Positions 36,636-46,905 of a stretch of DNA of 64,000 nucleotides are shown here, piece after piece; positions within the stretch are counted from its first letter, which is position 1, and each line of letters starts with the position of its first letter. Under the pieces are notes generated by a model. The model was not told the origin of the DNA and searched no databases. It worked only from the letters and a program-made list of their open reading frames with translations. Position numbers and translations under genes: made by a program. Where the stretch lies: contig JAHQWP010000193.1 in assembly GCA_029856235.1 (NCBI GenBank), positions 9,646-73,645 of the forward strand, in the 5' to 3' direction. Origin of the DNA: Promethearchaeia archaeon. Lineage in GTDB: Archaea; Asgardarchaeota; Lokiarchaeia; Sigyniarchaeales; SOKP01.

Positions 36636-37562
36636 ATGGATGAAAGAAAAAAATATTTCATGGATAATAGGAGAAACAAGAAAAAAGATGTCCCTAAAAG
36701 AAAAACGGAATATGAAAAAGAAAGAACCCGCGAAGAAGTTGAACAAATTAAAAAAAATCTAATCAATTATGCTAAGACACCTTGGGGAAGAGATTGGATT
36801 ATCTCAAACCTAAAAATTGGGCGTCCCTTCAGAATGCAGAGAGGAATTGATTATGCTAAAGATGAAGAGCGTATTGACAATTTCTCAATAAGTACTGGCC
36901 AAATCTTCGCAACCGTACAAGGTAACGCTCCTACACCTTACCGCGTGAAAATAAATTTTGAAATTATTCCGGATGAAACATGGGAAAAAATAGTTAAAGA
37001 ATTATCTACGAGACTAGATTACATCATCGAATTATTAGAAGGCTCTCTACCCCAAGAGATTGTTACTATCTTTGAAAACAATGGATATTCCCTATTCCCA
37101 GATTCAACTCAGGGATTAGATTCAACTTGCTCTTGTCCTGATAAAGCAATTCCCTGCAAACATATTGCTGCTGTAATTTTATATCTTGCTCGCGTGCTAG
37201 ATTATAATCCATTCTTATTGTTAGAGTTGCGAGGAAAATCTAAAGAAGAAATTCTTGTGGATCTTAGTTTATCACAACCAATAGAGAGTAGAGATGAATC
37301 CGAAGAAGTTTCTCTTAAGAATAAGATTGAATTTAAATTTAATGTCCCTAAAATTTACATCGAAGATATAACCGAACTCTATTCAGGTACTGATGAATAT
37401 ACGATTGGATTTGACATAAAAAAGCCGGGAAAGATTATAGAAACTTTAGAGAACTTAGGAATTCCCCAAAATATGGAGAATAAAGCTTTTGAAATTGTAT
37501 TAAGAGCAATTTATCGTAAAATTACATCAAAAATGCATGAAATATCTTTAGAACTCAGTTAA
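36636..37562 (+). CDS. SWIM zinc-finger protein (partner of the SNF2 helicase)
   Basis: CSCPDKAIPCKHIAAV matches the SWIM CxC...CxH signature. It starts 4 nt after the SNF2 stop. Confidence 0.8.
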   Translation: MDERKKYFMDNRRNKKKDVPKRKTEYEKERTREEVEQIKKNLINYAKTPWGRDWIISNLKIGRPFRMQRGIDYAKDEERIDNFSISTGQIFATVQGNAPTPYRVKINFEIIPDETWEKIVKELSTRLDYIIELLEGSLPQEIVTIFENNGYSLFPDSTQGLDSTCSCPDKAIPCKHIAAVILYLARVLDYNPFLLLELRGKSKEEILVDLSLSQPIESRDESEEVSLKNKIEFKFNVPKIYIEDITELYSGTDEYTIGFDIKKPGKIIETLENLGIPQNMENKAFEIVLRAIYRKITSKMHEISLELS

Positions 37563-37649
37563 TGATAAGAATTTGGGAAAAAAATATCTTTTAACCTCGT
37601 AAAAATCAAAAGCAAAAATCAAAGAAATGCTAAAATTAAAAGTCCAAAT

Positions 37650-38231
37650 TTAGACCCTTAGCGAGCCACGGAACCCCCTAACGCCATAATAAGAGGGCGC
37701 ACTATTGTGATACACGAAGACATTGCCGTAGCGACGATCAGCAAAGATGGCGCCGCCGAGTTTTCTAATATCAGAAGGTGTTTTCACCCAACTTGATGTC
37801 TTCGTATCGAAATTTCCAAGATTCTGCAACTCTCGATATTGTTCTTCCGTTAAAAGCTCAATGCCCATGGTAGCTGCCATATCAATAGCGTTATTTTCTG
37901 GTTTATTTGATTTCCTTGCCTCCAGCGCTTCACGGTCGTAACAAACATTTCTGCGGCCTTTAGGACTTTCCGCTGAACAATCATAAAAAATATATTCGCC
38001 CGTCTTTGTATCATGACCAATAACATCCGGTTCACCGCCAGTTCTTTCCATTTCATTGAGTGGCCACAATTTTTCAGTATTAGCTTCCAGCTTTGCTTGT
38101 ACTTTAGCCCATTCAAGACCTTTATGGCGGTTCATGTTTTTCTCAAACCGGGCTTTCAACGCTCTGAGTAGTTCTTCACGTTTTTCTGGTGACAACTCTT
38201 TTTTGAGCTTGCTCATAATCGTAGTAATCAT
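37650..38231 (-). CDS. DUF4256 family protein
   Basis: The near-full-length pattern LKARFEKNMNRHKGLEWAKVQAKLE...NEMERTGGEPDV...YDCSAESPKGRR...GIELLTEEQYRELQ...FDTKTSSWVKTP matches my memory of bacterial DUF4256 proteins. GC content is visibly higher than in the neighbouring genes. Confidence 0.7.
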   Translation of the reverse strand: MITTIMSKLKKELSPEKREELLRALKARFEKNMNRHKGLEWAKVQAKLEANTEKLWPLNEMERTGGEPDVIGHDTKTGEYIFYDCSAESPKGRRNVCYDREALEARKSNKPENNAIDMAATMGIELLTEEQYRELQNLGNFDTKTSSWVKTPSDIRKLGGAIFADRRYGNVFVYHNSAPSYYGVRGFRGSLRV

Positions 38232-38734
38232 CCATAGTTAATAAAATCATCTATGCAGGGTGGAGTTTACTTTACAACTCATATTCATTTAAAAGACAAT
38301 AACCCATAAAAAACATATAAAATCTTTTGTTAATGGATATTGTCTTTCATAAAATATTGCTTTAGAAACTATGAATGATACTGCGAGAACCAATATTTAC
38401 AAGGATAATCAATGGTATTATACTAAAATCGGATTCTTACATGTTCCTTTATATCATACTTAGATTTATTTCGAGGATTCTGCTGACCTGCGGAATGTAG
38501 CCTACAATGCAATGGGAATGTTCCAAGCTTATGGGATATGGCGGGTGGTACCACCTATCGAATAGGAACGGATTTTAACTTTTATTTTCTTAATTTATTA
38601 CTTAGTTTTATTTTTGATTGATTCGATAATTTATCTCCACCTTTCTCGAGTTGAAGTACCTCGATTGAAATCACGGATTTTAAATAATTTAGCACAATAT
38701 TCTATTTAATAAATAATCTTAAGAAAGTGAGAAA

Positions 38735-39880
38735 ATGCGACCTATTACCGAAGAAAAATTCGAATCAATTGTAGAATTTATAAAAGAAAAGAAACTCGAT
38801 GTTCTGATGATAACTGATTACGAAGATAGTCGGAATGTTAACTTACAATATCTTTCTGGTCATCCTACCGACGCAACGATATTAATAAATTCAAGTGGAG
38901 AAACGATCTTAATACCATGGGACGTACCTTTAGCCGAAAAACATTCGGAAGTTGATGAAATTATAAATCCTGCTAATTTCAACTTCAATCCATCTCTAGC
39001 AATAAAAGATTTATTTGAAAACCGCTGGAAAAAATCTTCAATTACAATTGGGGTCCATTCAATGACTACTTATGGATTAATTGTAAAAATGAAAGCAATA
39101 ATGACTGGTATTAAGTTTTTTGAAGAACCTATCCAAATAACGCAACTTTTCGAAAAACTGAGATCTACCAAAACAGAATTAGAGATTAAGAGATTATTAA
39201 AAGCAGGCCAAATTGGAAATAGAATTATCAATAATATCAAAGATTTCTGCATAAACAATCCTGACGGTACAGAAAAAGATTTATCGTTTCTAGTGCGTAA
39301 AAAAATCGGAGATTATGGTGGTGATGATGTAGCTTTTGAACCTCTTGTTGCAAATTCTTCACGAGCTCATGAAATTCACCAACATCCATTTGCTAGTGAT
39401 CAGAGATTTGGTTTACCAGGGTTAGCTTTAATCGATTTTGGGGCAAAATTTCAAGGATATAACAGTGATATTACAATTCCGATTAGTTTTGGTAAATTAT
39501 CAGACGAACAGAATAAAATGCGTGAATTAACGATCAAATCTTATGAAACTGCCATTGAGATGATTGATATGGATGTACCTCTATGGAAAATCCATGACAC
39601 AGCAGAAACTGTACTTAGGAAAGGCGGCTATCTCATGCCTTATTCTTTAGGTCATGGTTTAGGGTTAACTGTACACGATTCTCCATTTGTAACTCGAAAG
39701 CCTACGGATGAGTATTCAAAAAAACATTGGAAAGAAGTGACAATTCAAGATGGAATGGTGTTTACAATAGAACCTGGAGCTTATAAGCAAGGATTAGGCG
39801 GTCAAAGACTCGAGAACGATGTCTTAATTCGGAATGGCAAAGTAGAAATTATTACCAAATCAGAACCTTTGAACTTTTAA
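38735..39880 (+). CDS. M24-family Xaa-Pro aminopeptidase / creatinase-fold peptidase
   Basis: LIDFGAKFQGYNSDIT, GHGLGLTVHD, FTIEPG and LEND are the metal-ligand motifs of M24B peptidases. Confidence 0.85.
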   Translation: MRPITEEKFESIVEFIKEKKLDVLMITDYEDSRNVNLQYLSGHPTDATILINSSGETILIPWDVPLAEKHSEVDEIINPANFNFNPSLAIKDLFENRWKKSSITIGVHSMTTYGLIVKMKAIMTGIKFFEEPIQITQLFEKLRSTKTELEIKRLLKAGQIGNRIINNIKDFCINNPDGTEKDLSFLVRKKIGDYGGDDVAFEPLVANSSRAHEIHQHPFASDQRFGLPGLALIDFGAKFQGYNSDITIPISFGKLSDEQNKMRELTIKSYETAIEMIDMDVPLWKIHDTAETVLRKGGYLMPYSLGHGLGLTVHDSPFVTRKPTDEYSKKHWKEVTIQDGMVFTIEPGAYKQGLGGQRLENDVLIRNGKVEIITKSEPLNF

Positions 39881-39893
39881 TATTATTTTTTTA

Positions 39894-41162
39894 TTAATCT
39901 CGAGAAGTGTATTTCCAGTTAATATTAAACTGAATGTAAGTAAGAATTTCATAAACTAATATGATTACTACTCCTAAATTTAGAAATACGGTTGAAGTTA
40001 AGCCAATCATTAAGGATCCCGTCATTCTACCGCTAGACATTATTGCTTGAAAATACGAAAAAGGTTTAGCACTGTTTTTATCTCTTGCTTTGTAAGATAT
40101 CAAATTCATTATAAGTGGATAGATCATACCTTGACCAAAACCAGAGATTGTTAATAGAAGTGCTAAAGACCAGAGATCATTACTCAACATAATCAAAAAC
40201 CACGAAAATGCAACCACTGCAATTGATATCATGAGAAGTCTTGCTATTTGTTTCTTTTTGGTAAAGGAAAATATCATCGTAGCCACCATTTGTGAAAAAA
40301 GCTTGACCAAGGTTAGTAAAAATACCCAATAAAGTTCTTGATGAATTAAATCGACTTTTAGTGTTAGAAAAATAACCATTACTCCATCTGTTGAAGAGTG
40401 TAACAGGAGAACAAGTAAAAGAGAATAGAGAGGAAGCCTAGAAAGCCTTGATGTTATGCTTAATTGTCCATCTCTGATGAGTTCGTCATTAAATTCTTTA
40501 ATTATAGTTTGTTGAGAATCATTGACACTTTTTTTATCAGTTTTGAAGATTTCGTAAGTGTTTTTTACAAAAAATAGAGCAATAACAACGCCAAAGATTA
40601 ACCAAATTGCGTTAAAATAGAACACGGAATAATTTGAATTAAATAGATAGACAATAATCGCACCCCCTATCATTCCAAAAATAAATCCAAAGTTCCAACT
40701 GAAATTGTAACCACTCATGTATCTTTGTTTTAATCTTAATCCCCCAAATTTCTCTGTAAGAACACTAATTTGTTGTATTGTTGGCCAAAATAAACCACTT
40801 ACACCACCATCTATAAAAAAGAGGAGTCCGAAGATAATTAGATGAAGATTTGAGGTAATAGGGACTAAGTAGAAGAAACTACATCCCAATCTAATGAAAA
40901 GAATAATTATTATTACATTTCTCTGACCATATTTATCTGAAATATGCCCAAAAGCTAAAGTAAATATGAGAAATCCCGCTGAAGCCATACTAACCACAAT
41001 TCCTCCTATCCAAGGAGCATAATTTAACTCAGAGATGATATTATTAGATATGGCAGTACCTAGACTTCCCGTCGTAGATGTTATGATAATTTCTAACAAG
41101 AAAAAAGGAAAAAATTTTTTTAACGATATAGTTAGCCTAAGATTCTTAGAATTTTTTAGCAC
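39894..41162 (-). CDS. MFS transporter
   Basis: It has about 12 hydrophobic helices and the MFS loop motif GHISDKYGQR between TM2 and TM3. Confidence 0.7.
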   Translation of the reverse strand: MLKNSKNLRLTISLKKFFPFFLLEIIITSTTGSLGTAISNNIISELNYAPWIGGIVVSMASAGFLIFTLAFGHISDKYGQRNVIIIILFIRLGCSFFYLVPITSNLHLIIFGLLFFIDGGVSGLFWPTIQQISVLTEKFGGLRLKQRYMSGYNFSWNFGFIFGMIGGAIIVYLFNSNYSVFYFNAIWLIFGVVIALFFVKNTYEIFKTDKKSVNDSQQTIIKEFNDELIRDGQLSITSRLSRLPLYSLLLVLLLHSSTDGVMVIFLTLKVDLIHQELYWVFLLTLVKLFSQMVATMIFSFTKKKQIARLLMISIAVVAFSWFLIMLSNDLWSLALLLTISGFGQGMIYPLIMNLISYKARDKNSAKPFSYFQAIMSSGRMTGSLMIGLTSTVFLNLGVVIILVYEILTYIQFNINWKYTSRD

Positions 41163-41179
41163 ATTCTCACATCTTTAAG

Positions 41180-41995
41180 TTAATGTCTCTTAGCGTAAAG
41201 CATATAAACGCCCATGAGAGAAAAACGGCTATCTAAGCCTTTCTTTACCTGAAAACCCTTTTCTTCTAACATTTTCGACAATTTTTTTAGAAGATTTTTT
41301 CCCCCTTGAATATGTTCGTGAACCTCCATGGTGATTTGATGGATTTTTTCCCAATCAGTTTGGTTAATCCCTGAAAGTACTTGGAATTCATAGTTCTCAG
41401 CGTCGATTTTCATTAGATTTATGGTTTTAATATCATTTTCTTGAATAATATCTGAGATCGTTCGCAATTTGCATTGTACTAGTTCAGCTTTATATAAATT
41501 TTTCAATATTTTCTCAATAATATCTTTTCGTTTAGACTCTGGGATTGATTCTGCACCCTGAAACCAATCAGCAACAGTTTCATCATAATTGAGAAGATAT
41601 TGCTCCACTTTAAGATCCCAATCAAATTCAATAATAGCAGAATCGGCACTCACATTTGGGTAATAATGAATATGTGTAATTTCCTCTCTTTCAGCTAACC
41701 CAACATTATAATTTTTGACTTCAGCTGGTAAATTCTTGAGGTTTTCTTCTAGCACTTTGAAAATTTTTGGTACGGGTTCAAAAGTAAAAATCCGTAAATT
41801 ATTCGCTTTCGTTGCTATAAAGCGAGAAAATAAACCGATATTTGCTCCAATATCAAAAATGACATCATTATCATTTACTTCAATATCGTGGCGAAGATAT
41901 TCATTTTCAACATAGATCTCATCGTATACATCAAGTGCAGTTAATTTATCTATGTATGAAATGACTTCTCCATTTGGTAATGTAAGCTTTTTCAT
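41180..41995 (-). CDS. FkbM-family SAM-dependent methyltransferase
   Basis: FDIGANIGLFS (SAM glycine loop) and FEPVP, with a 271-aa FkbM-like layout. Confidence 0.75.
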   Translation of the reverse strand: MKKLTLPNGEVISYIDKLTALDVYDEIYVENEYLRHDIEVNDNDVIFDIGANIGLFSRFIATKANNLRIFTFEPVPKIFKVLEENLKNLPAEVKNYNVGLAEREEITHIHYYPNVSADSAIIEFDWDLKVEQYLLNYDETVADWFQGAESIPESKRKDIIEKILKNLYKAELVQCKLRTISDIIQENDIKTINLMKIDAENYEFQVLSGINQTDWEKIHQITMEVHEHIQGGKNLLKKLSKMLEEKGFQVKKGLDSRFSLMGVYMLYAKRH

Positions 41996-42083
41996 AATGT
42001 CACTTCTATTCTAAATCGCTTGATGCATTATGAAAATGTGCCTTATTAATAAATTTTAAATTAATTTTCTAACTATTGGTTTT

Positions 42084-42884
42084 ATGTCTAAAGATAATGA
42101 CTGGTATGAAGTTATAAAACAGAAAGATTACCTATATATTATCCGAGAACACCTTGACGAGATCGATCCCCGATTTCTTACAATTTATACCAATATTTAT
42201 CTTATTCTTGGACACGACAAATCCTTACTGATTGACACTGGAAGTGGTATCTTCCCTATTAAACCCCTTATTAACGAATTGATTGAGAATCGAGAGTTAT
42301 TTGTAATTAATACGCATTCCCATTTCGACCATAGAGGATCAAATAATGAATTCGAAACGATTTATATCCACGATAACGAAGTGAGGGTTGCTTCTTTGCC
42401 TTTTGACATTTCAATGCTAAAAGATTCGCCTAAAGAGATTGTGAATCGATATTCTGCCATAGGATTTGTATACCAACCTTCTGATAATATAGAACCATTG
42501 CATGATGGAGATAGATTTGAATTGGGAGATATCTCAGTAGAAGTAATCGACACACCAGGTCATTCGATCGGATCTATATCCCTTTTGACTAGTAAGGGTG
42601 AATTATTCACTGGAGATACTGCTCATTACGGTACAATGTATCTCCCAAAAAGAAAAGAATTTCACATTATTCTAAAAAGCATATCAAGATTAAAGGATTT
42701 GTGTGATGCCGACATAGTTCAAGAGATCTATCCCTCGCACGAACAGTGCCCCGTAGGAAGAGAATTACTCGATGATCTATACGATGGGATAAGTAATATT
42801 GACAATATTTGGGATACAAAAAAAAGAAATAAGTTTTTAGAAGCTTGGATTATAGAAGACGATAATTTTAAGTATATTATTTAA
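42084..42884 (+). CDS. MBL-fold metallo-hydrolase
   Basis: NTHSHFDHRGS (HxHxDH) and DTPGHS motifs. Confidence 0.75.
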   Translation: MSKDNDWYEVIKQKDYLYIIREHLDEIDPRFLTIYTNIYLILGHDKSLLIDTGSGIFPIKPLINELIENRELFVINTHSHFDHRGSNNEFETIYIHDNEVRVASLPFDISMLKDSPKEIVNRYSAIGFVYQPSDNIEPLHDGDRFELGDISVEVIDTPGHSIGSISLLTSKGELFTGDTAHYGTMYLPKRKEFHIILKSISRLKDLCDADIVQEIYPSHEQCPVGRELLDDLYDGISNIDNIWDTKKRNKFLEAWIIEDDNFKYII

Positions 42885-42899
42885 CAAAATAAAAGAGAG

Positions 42900-45539
42900 T
42901 TGTTATTTATTCATAGTAAAGTCGAAAAAATATCTTTAAATGAGAATTGGTTCCTGACAAACGAACAAAAAGCAATTGAGGTACTAGCTGAAGTACCCGG
43001 AACTGTATTTGAAACATTAATTAATAACAAAATTATTGAAGATCCTTTTTATGGACTAAGAGAACACGAGGTTTCATGGGTTTACGAGTCAGAGTGGGAA
43101 TATAAAACGATTTTTGATCTGAACCCAGCTTTTTTAAACCATAATAACATCCTACTTCGCTTCCACGGGCTGGATACCATATCAGAAATTATTCTAAACG
43201 GAGAGAAGCTAGGATTTACAAAGAATATGTTCGTCAGATACGATTTTAAAGTAAGATCAATATTAAAAAGAAATAGAAATAAGTTGATTATTAAATTTCA
43301 AAGTCCTACTTTAAAAGCACGTGAAGAGATAGAAAATAGAGGTATAAATTTAAATACGGGGGAGGATGCGATTCCAGGAGTACCATATATCCGTAAAGCT
43401 CAGTATTCTTTTGGATGGGATTGGGGTCCTAAACTACCTGACATAGGAATATGGCAACCAGTCGAACTATTAGGCTACGACGACCTTAAAATCGACTCTA
43501 CTTATGTAAACCAAAAATTACACTATAATAAAAGTGTTGATAGAATATCTAAATTAGAACAGATCACTGATCTGGGGGTTATGTCAACTGATTTATCAAT
43601 TATAGTAAATTTACAATCAGATTTATCAATCAATGAACTCCATCAATATCGCCTAAGAATTGAATTGAAAGCTCCTGATGGTAAAACTTTTACATCTGAA
43701 ACATTTATCACTAGCCTGACTCCTAAAGTGGAGTTTAATCTCGAATACCCGTATTTATGGTGGACCCATGATCTAGGTGTTCCTAATTTGTACGATCTTA
43801 CAGTTGAACTTCTTAAAAGCGGATTAATAGATTCTTTTAAGCAGAAAGTCGGGATAAGAGAGATTCGTTTAATACAGAATTCTGATGAATGGGGAGAATC
43901 ATTTTTATTTAGGTTAAACGGTATTCCTGTATTTGCGAAAGGAGCTAATTGGATTCCAATCGATAGCTTTATTCCTAGAGGGAAAAAGAAAGGGCTCTAT
44001 AAATCAAATTTATACAACGCAAAAGAAGCTAATATGAACATGATTCGCGTTTGGGGCGGTGGAATCTATGAGGATAATACTTTTTACGATTTATGCGATA
44101 AGTTAGGTATTTTAGTCTGGCAAGATTTCCCATTTGCGTGTGCTTTCTATCCATATGAGGAAGAGTATATAGAAGATATAAAGAAAGAAGCTACTCAAAA
44201 TATTAAGAGGTTGCGTAATCATTCAAGCTTAGCGTTATGGTGTGGGAATAATGAGATTGAGTGGCTGTGGAAATACCTGGTAATGAGGTCTGAAATTACT
44301 GAGAAAAACATCATCAACGAGTTTGTTATAGGATATTTAAAAATATTCGAAAATTTATTACCCAAATTACTTGAAAAATATGATCCTAATCATCAATATT
44401 GGCCTAGTTCTCCTTCTAATGGCTATGTAGGGAATACATTTGGTAAACATGACGCTAATTCACCAAATACGGGTGATTCGCACTTTTGGGATGTTTGGCA
44501 TAATAATAAACCATTTAAAACCTACCGAAAATTTAATTCGCGTTTTATGTCTGAATTTGGTTACGAATCTTTTCCTTCAATAAAAACAATCGAAGATTTT
44601 TGTCCTGTAGAGCAATTTGATTTCTTCTCGCCAATCATGGAAAATCATCAAAAAAATTTAGCCGGGAATAGAAAAATATTGAAATATATGAAAAAGCGAT
44701 TTACTATACCCCAAGAGTTTGAAAATCAAGTAGTTTTATCACAGATAACGCAAGCTGAAGCCATCGAATATGGAGTTGAACATTGGCGTCGAAATCGCAA
44801 TGATTACCATTGTATGGGCGCACTGTACTGGCAACTAAATGATTGTTGGCCAGTAGCTAGTTGGTCGTCTTTGGACTACCATAATCGCTGGAAAGCGTTA
44901 CATTACTATGCCAAAAGGTTTTACCAGCCCGTTTTTCCAAGCGTTAAAGAAGATGCTAAATTTGTAGAGTTTTGGGTATCAAATGATCTTCGTACCCCTC
45001 AAAAATTCCAGTTCGAGTGGAAACTCTATAAATCAGATGGAAAAATAGAAAATAGTGGCTCTTTTGAATCAGAAATCCTTCCATGCTCATCAAAAAAGCT
45101 TGGAATGGTCGGTGTTTCTGATCTGAATCAAAATTATAAGAATTTATCGGACTATGCTATTTTCTTTGTGTTAAAATACAGTAATCTTGAAGGTGACCAA
45201 GAAATTCATGGATTTAGGTTGTTTTCAGCTCCAAAAGAATTTCAGTTAAGCAATCCTAATATATCTTGGAAACTCAGCGAATACTATTGTGAAGATAATA
45301 ATGAAAAAAAATACGAAATCAAGATAACAGCAAATAAAATTGCTCTATATGTTCATGTAGATTCAAAAAAATTTGATTTTATTGCGTCGGATAATTATTT
45401 CTCCTTAGAACCGGGTGAGTCGAGAACTATTACTCTGAAAAATTTAAGTTTAGTATATTCATCGGAACCCGCCTATAAAACCGTTAACAAAGAAGACTTT
45501 GTTATAAGATCACTCTACGATTTATTGAAAAATTCATAA
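42900..45539 (+). CDS. GH2 beta-mannosidase
   Basis: [43 protein letters not shown] and SEFGYESFP are beta-mannosidase-type GH2 motifs. It starts at TTG and has no signal peptide. Confidence 0.85.
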   Translation: MLFIHSKVEKISLNENWFLTNEQKAIEVLAEVPGTVFETLINNKIIEDPFYGLREHEVSWVYESEWEYKTIFDLNPAFLNHNNILLRFHGLDTISEIILNGEKLGFTKNMFVRYDFKVRSILKRNRNKLIIKFQSPTLKAREEIENRGINLNTGEDAIPGVPYIRKAQYSFGWDWGPKLPDIGIWQPVELLGYDDLKIDSTYVNQKLHYNKSVDRISKLEQITDLGVMSTDLSIIVNLQSDLSINELHQYRLRIELKAPDGKTFTSETFITSLTPKVEFNLEYPYLWWTHDLGVPNLYDLTVELLKSGLIDSFKQKVGIREIRLIQNSDEWGESFLFRLNGIPVFAKGANWIPIDSFIPRGKKKGLYKSNLYNAKEANMNMIRVWGGGIYEDNTFYDLCDKLGILVWQDFPFACAFYPYEEEYIEDIKKEATQNIKRLRNHSSLALWCGNNEIEWLWKYLVMRSEITEKNIINEFVIGYLKIFENLLPKLLEKYDPNHQYWPSSPSNGYVGNTFGKHDANSPNTGDSHFWDVWHNNKPFKTYRKFNSRFMSEFGYESFPSIKTIEDFCPVEQFDFFSPIMENHQKNLAGNRKILKYMKKRFTIPQEFENQVVLSQITQAEAIEYGVEHWRRNRNDYHCMGALYWQLNDCWPVASWSSLDYHNRWKALHYYAKRFYQPVFPSVKEDAKFVEFWVSNDLRTPQKFQFEWKLYKSDGKIENSGSFESEILPCSSKKLGMVGVSDLNQNYKNLSDYAIFFVLKYSNLEGDQEIHGFRLFSAPKEFQLSNPNISWKLSEYYCEDNNEKKYEIKITANKIALYVHVDSKKFDFIASDNYFSLEPGESRTITLKNLSLVYSSEPAYKTVNKEDFVIRSLYDLLKNS

Positions 45540-45555
45540 ATTTTTTACTTTCTAA

Positions 45556-46905
45556 TTGAATATAATACTTAATTTAATTAGGAAGTCAGAGATTGATATT
45601 TTGACAAAAAAGGAAAAAATAGTAATAATTGGTGCAGGTTCCTTACAATTTGGCTTAGGGTCTGTTGGAAGCGTAATAAACAGCGAAGTGTTACAAGGAT
45701 CTGCAATAAGTTTGCACGACATCAACCAGACTAATCTGGATTTAGTTACCCTATCGTGCAAAGAAGCAATTGAGCAAAAGAATTTAGATCTTGATTTAGA
45801 ATCTACAATTGACCGGAAAAAGGCCTTAAAAAATGCTACTTTCATAATAAATTCCATAGAAGTCTCTCCAAGATTTGAATTGTGGGAAAGAGATTACGAA
45901 ATCCCTCGTAAGTATGGAAATACGCAAATTATGGGCGAGAATGGTGGTCCGGGAGGATTATTTCATTCATTACGAGTGATTCCTCCGATCCTCGAAATTT
46001 GTGATGACATCAATAAAATATGCCCTGATGCTCATGTTATTAATTATTCCAATCCTATGAGTAGAATTTGTTTAGCTGTCAAGCGAAAGTTTCCTTCGTT
46101 AAATTTTGTAGGGCTATGTCACGAATTCCCTGGATTTGTACGTCATTATTCCAAGATACTAAACACTCCACTTTCTAATCTTGAGATGAGAGCTGGAGGA
46201 TTAAATCATTTTGGAGTTCTTCTATCAATTCGATATATCGATAAGAATAAAGATGCGTATCCTGACCTTAGAAAAAACGCTCTAAAATATCTGAGTGGGG
46301 CCATTGGATACCCCTACGATGTTGATTTGATTAAATATATCCTTGAAAAGTTTGGTTACATACCTTATACACAAGATTCCCACTATGGTGAGTATATTTC
46401 TTGGGGTTGGGAAAAAGCAAACTTCGAGGGCGCAAGAGATTTTTATAACAAGTATAAGGATCTTACATTATCAACGGGAAGACGAATCCAAAAGTTAATA
46501 AAAAGAGGAAAGGGCGCAAAACTTGTAAAACCAGATTTCGAGAGGGCAATACCGATTATTGAGGGCATAAAAACTGATTCTAATCATGAGGAGGCTTCTG
46601 TTAATTTACCTAATGATGATGTTATTACTAACATTCCACGTGATTTAGTTGTGGAATGTCCCGCAATTGTTACTAAGAATGGATTAAAGGCAATAACACT
46701 AGGAGATTATCCAAAAGGATTAGCAGCATTACTACGTAATCAAGCTTCGGTTCAGGATTTAGTAGTAGAATCGATTCTTAAAAAATCAAAAGAGATTGCG
46801 TTTCAAGCTTTGCTTATGGATCCTACAATAGAAAACGCTTCCAAAGCCGAAGAAATGTTTGAAGAAATGTTAAAAGTAAATCAAGATTATATCGATTTAC
46901 AATAG
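45556..46905 (+). CDS. GH4-family NAD+/Mn2+-dependent glycosidase
   Basis: KIVIIGAGSLQFG (Rossmann fold), NYSNPMS and the GLCHE catalytic motif. The start is uncertain: the track start is TTG 45556, and TTG 45601 (MTKKEKIVIIGAGS) is an alternative. Confidence 0.8.
   Translation: MNIILNLIRKSEIDILTKKEKIVIIGAGSLQFGLGSVGSVINSEVLQGSAISLHDINQTNLDLVTLSCKEAIEQKNLDLDLESTIDRKKALKNATFIINSIEVSPRFELWERDYEIPRKYGNTQIMGENGGPGGLFHSLRVIPPILEICDDINKICPDAHVINYSNPMSRICLAVKRKFPSLNFVGLCHEFPGFVRHYSKILNTPLSNLEMRAGGLNHFGVLLSIRYIDKNKDAYPDLRKNALKYLSGAIGYPYDVDLIKYILEKFGYIPYTQDSHYGEYISWGWEKANFEGARDFYNKYKDLTLSTGRRIQKLIKRGKGAKLVKPDFERAIPIIEGIKTDSNHEEASVNLPNDDVITNIPRDLVVECPAIVTKNGLKAITLGDYPKGLAALLRNQASVQDLVVESILKKSKEIAFQALLMDPTIENASKAEEMFEEMLKVNQDYIDLQ

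Noticed and set aside
46897-46905. Convergent 9-nt overlap of GH4 with the M28 peptidase, and 12-nt overlap of 53009..53242 with alaX (53231-53242), considered as possible frameshift or fusion signals.
   Set aside because: Short 3'-3' overlaps of convergent genes are common in compact genomes, and both partners have complete C-termini.
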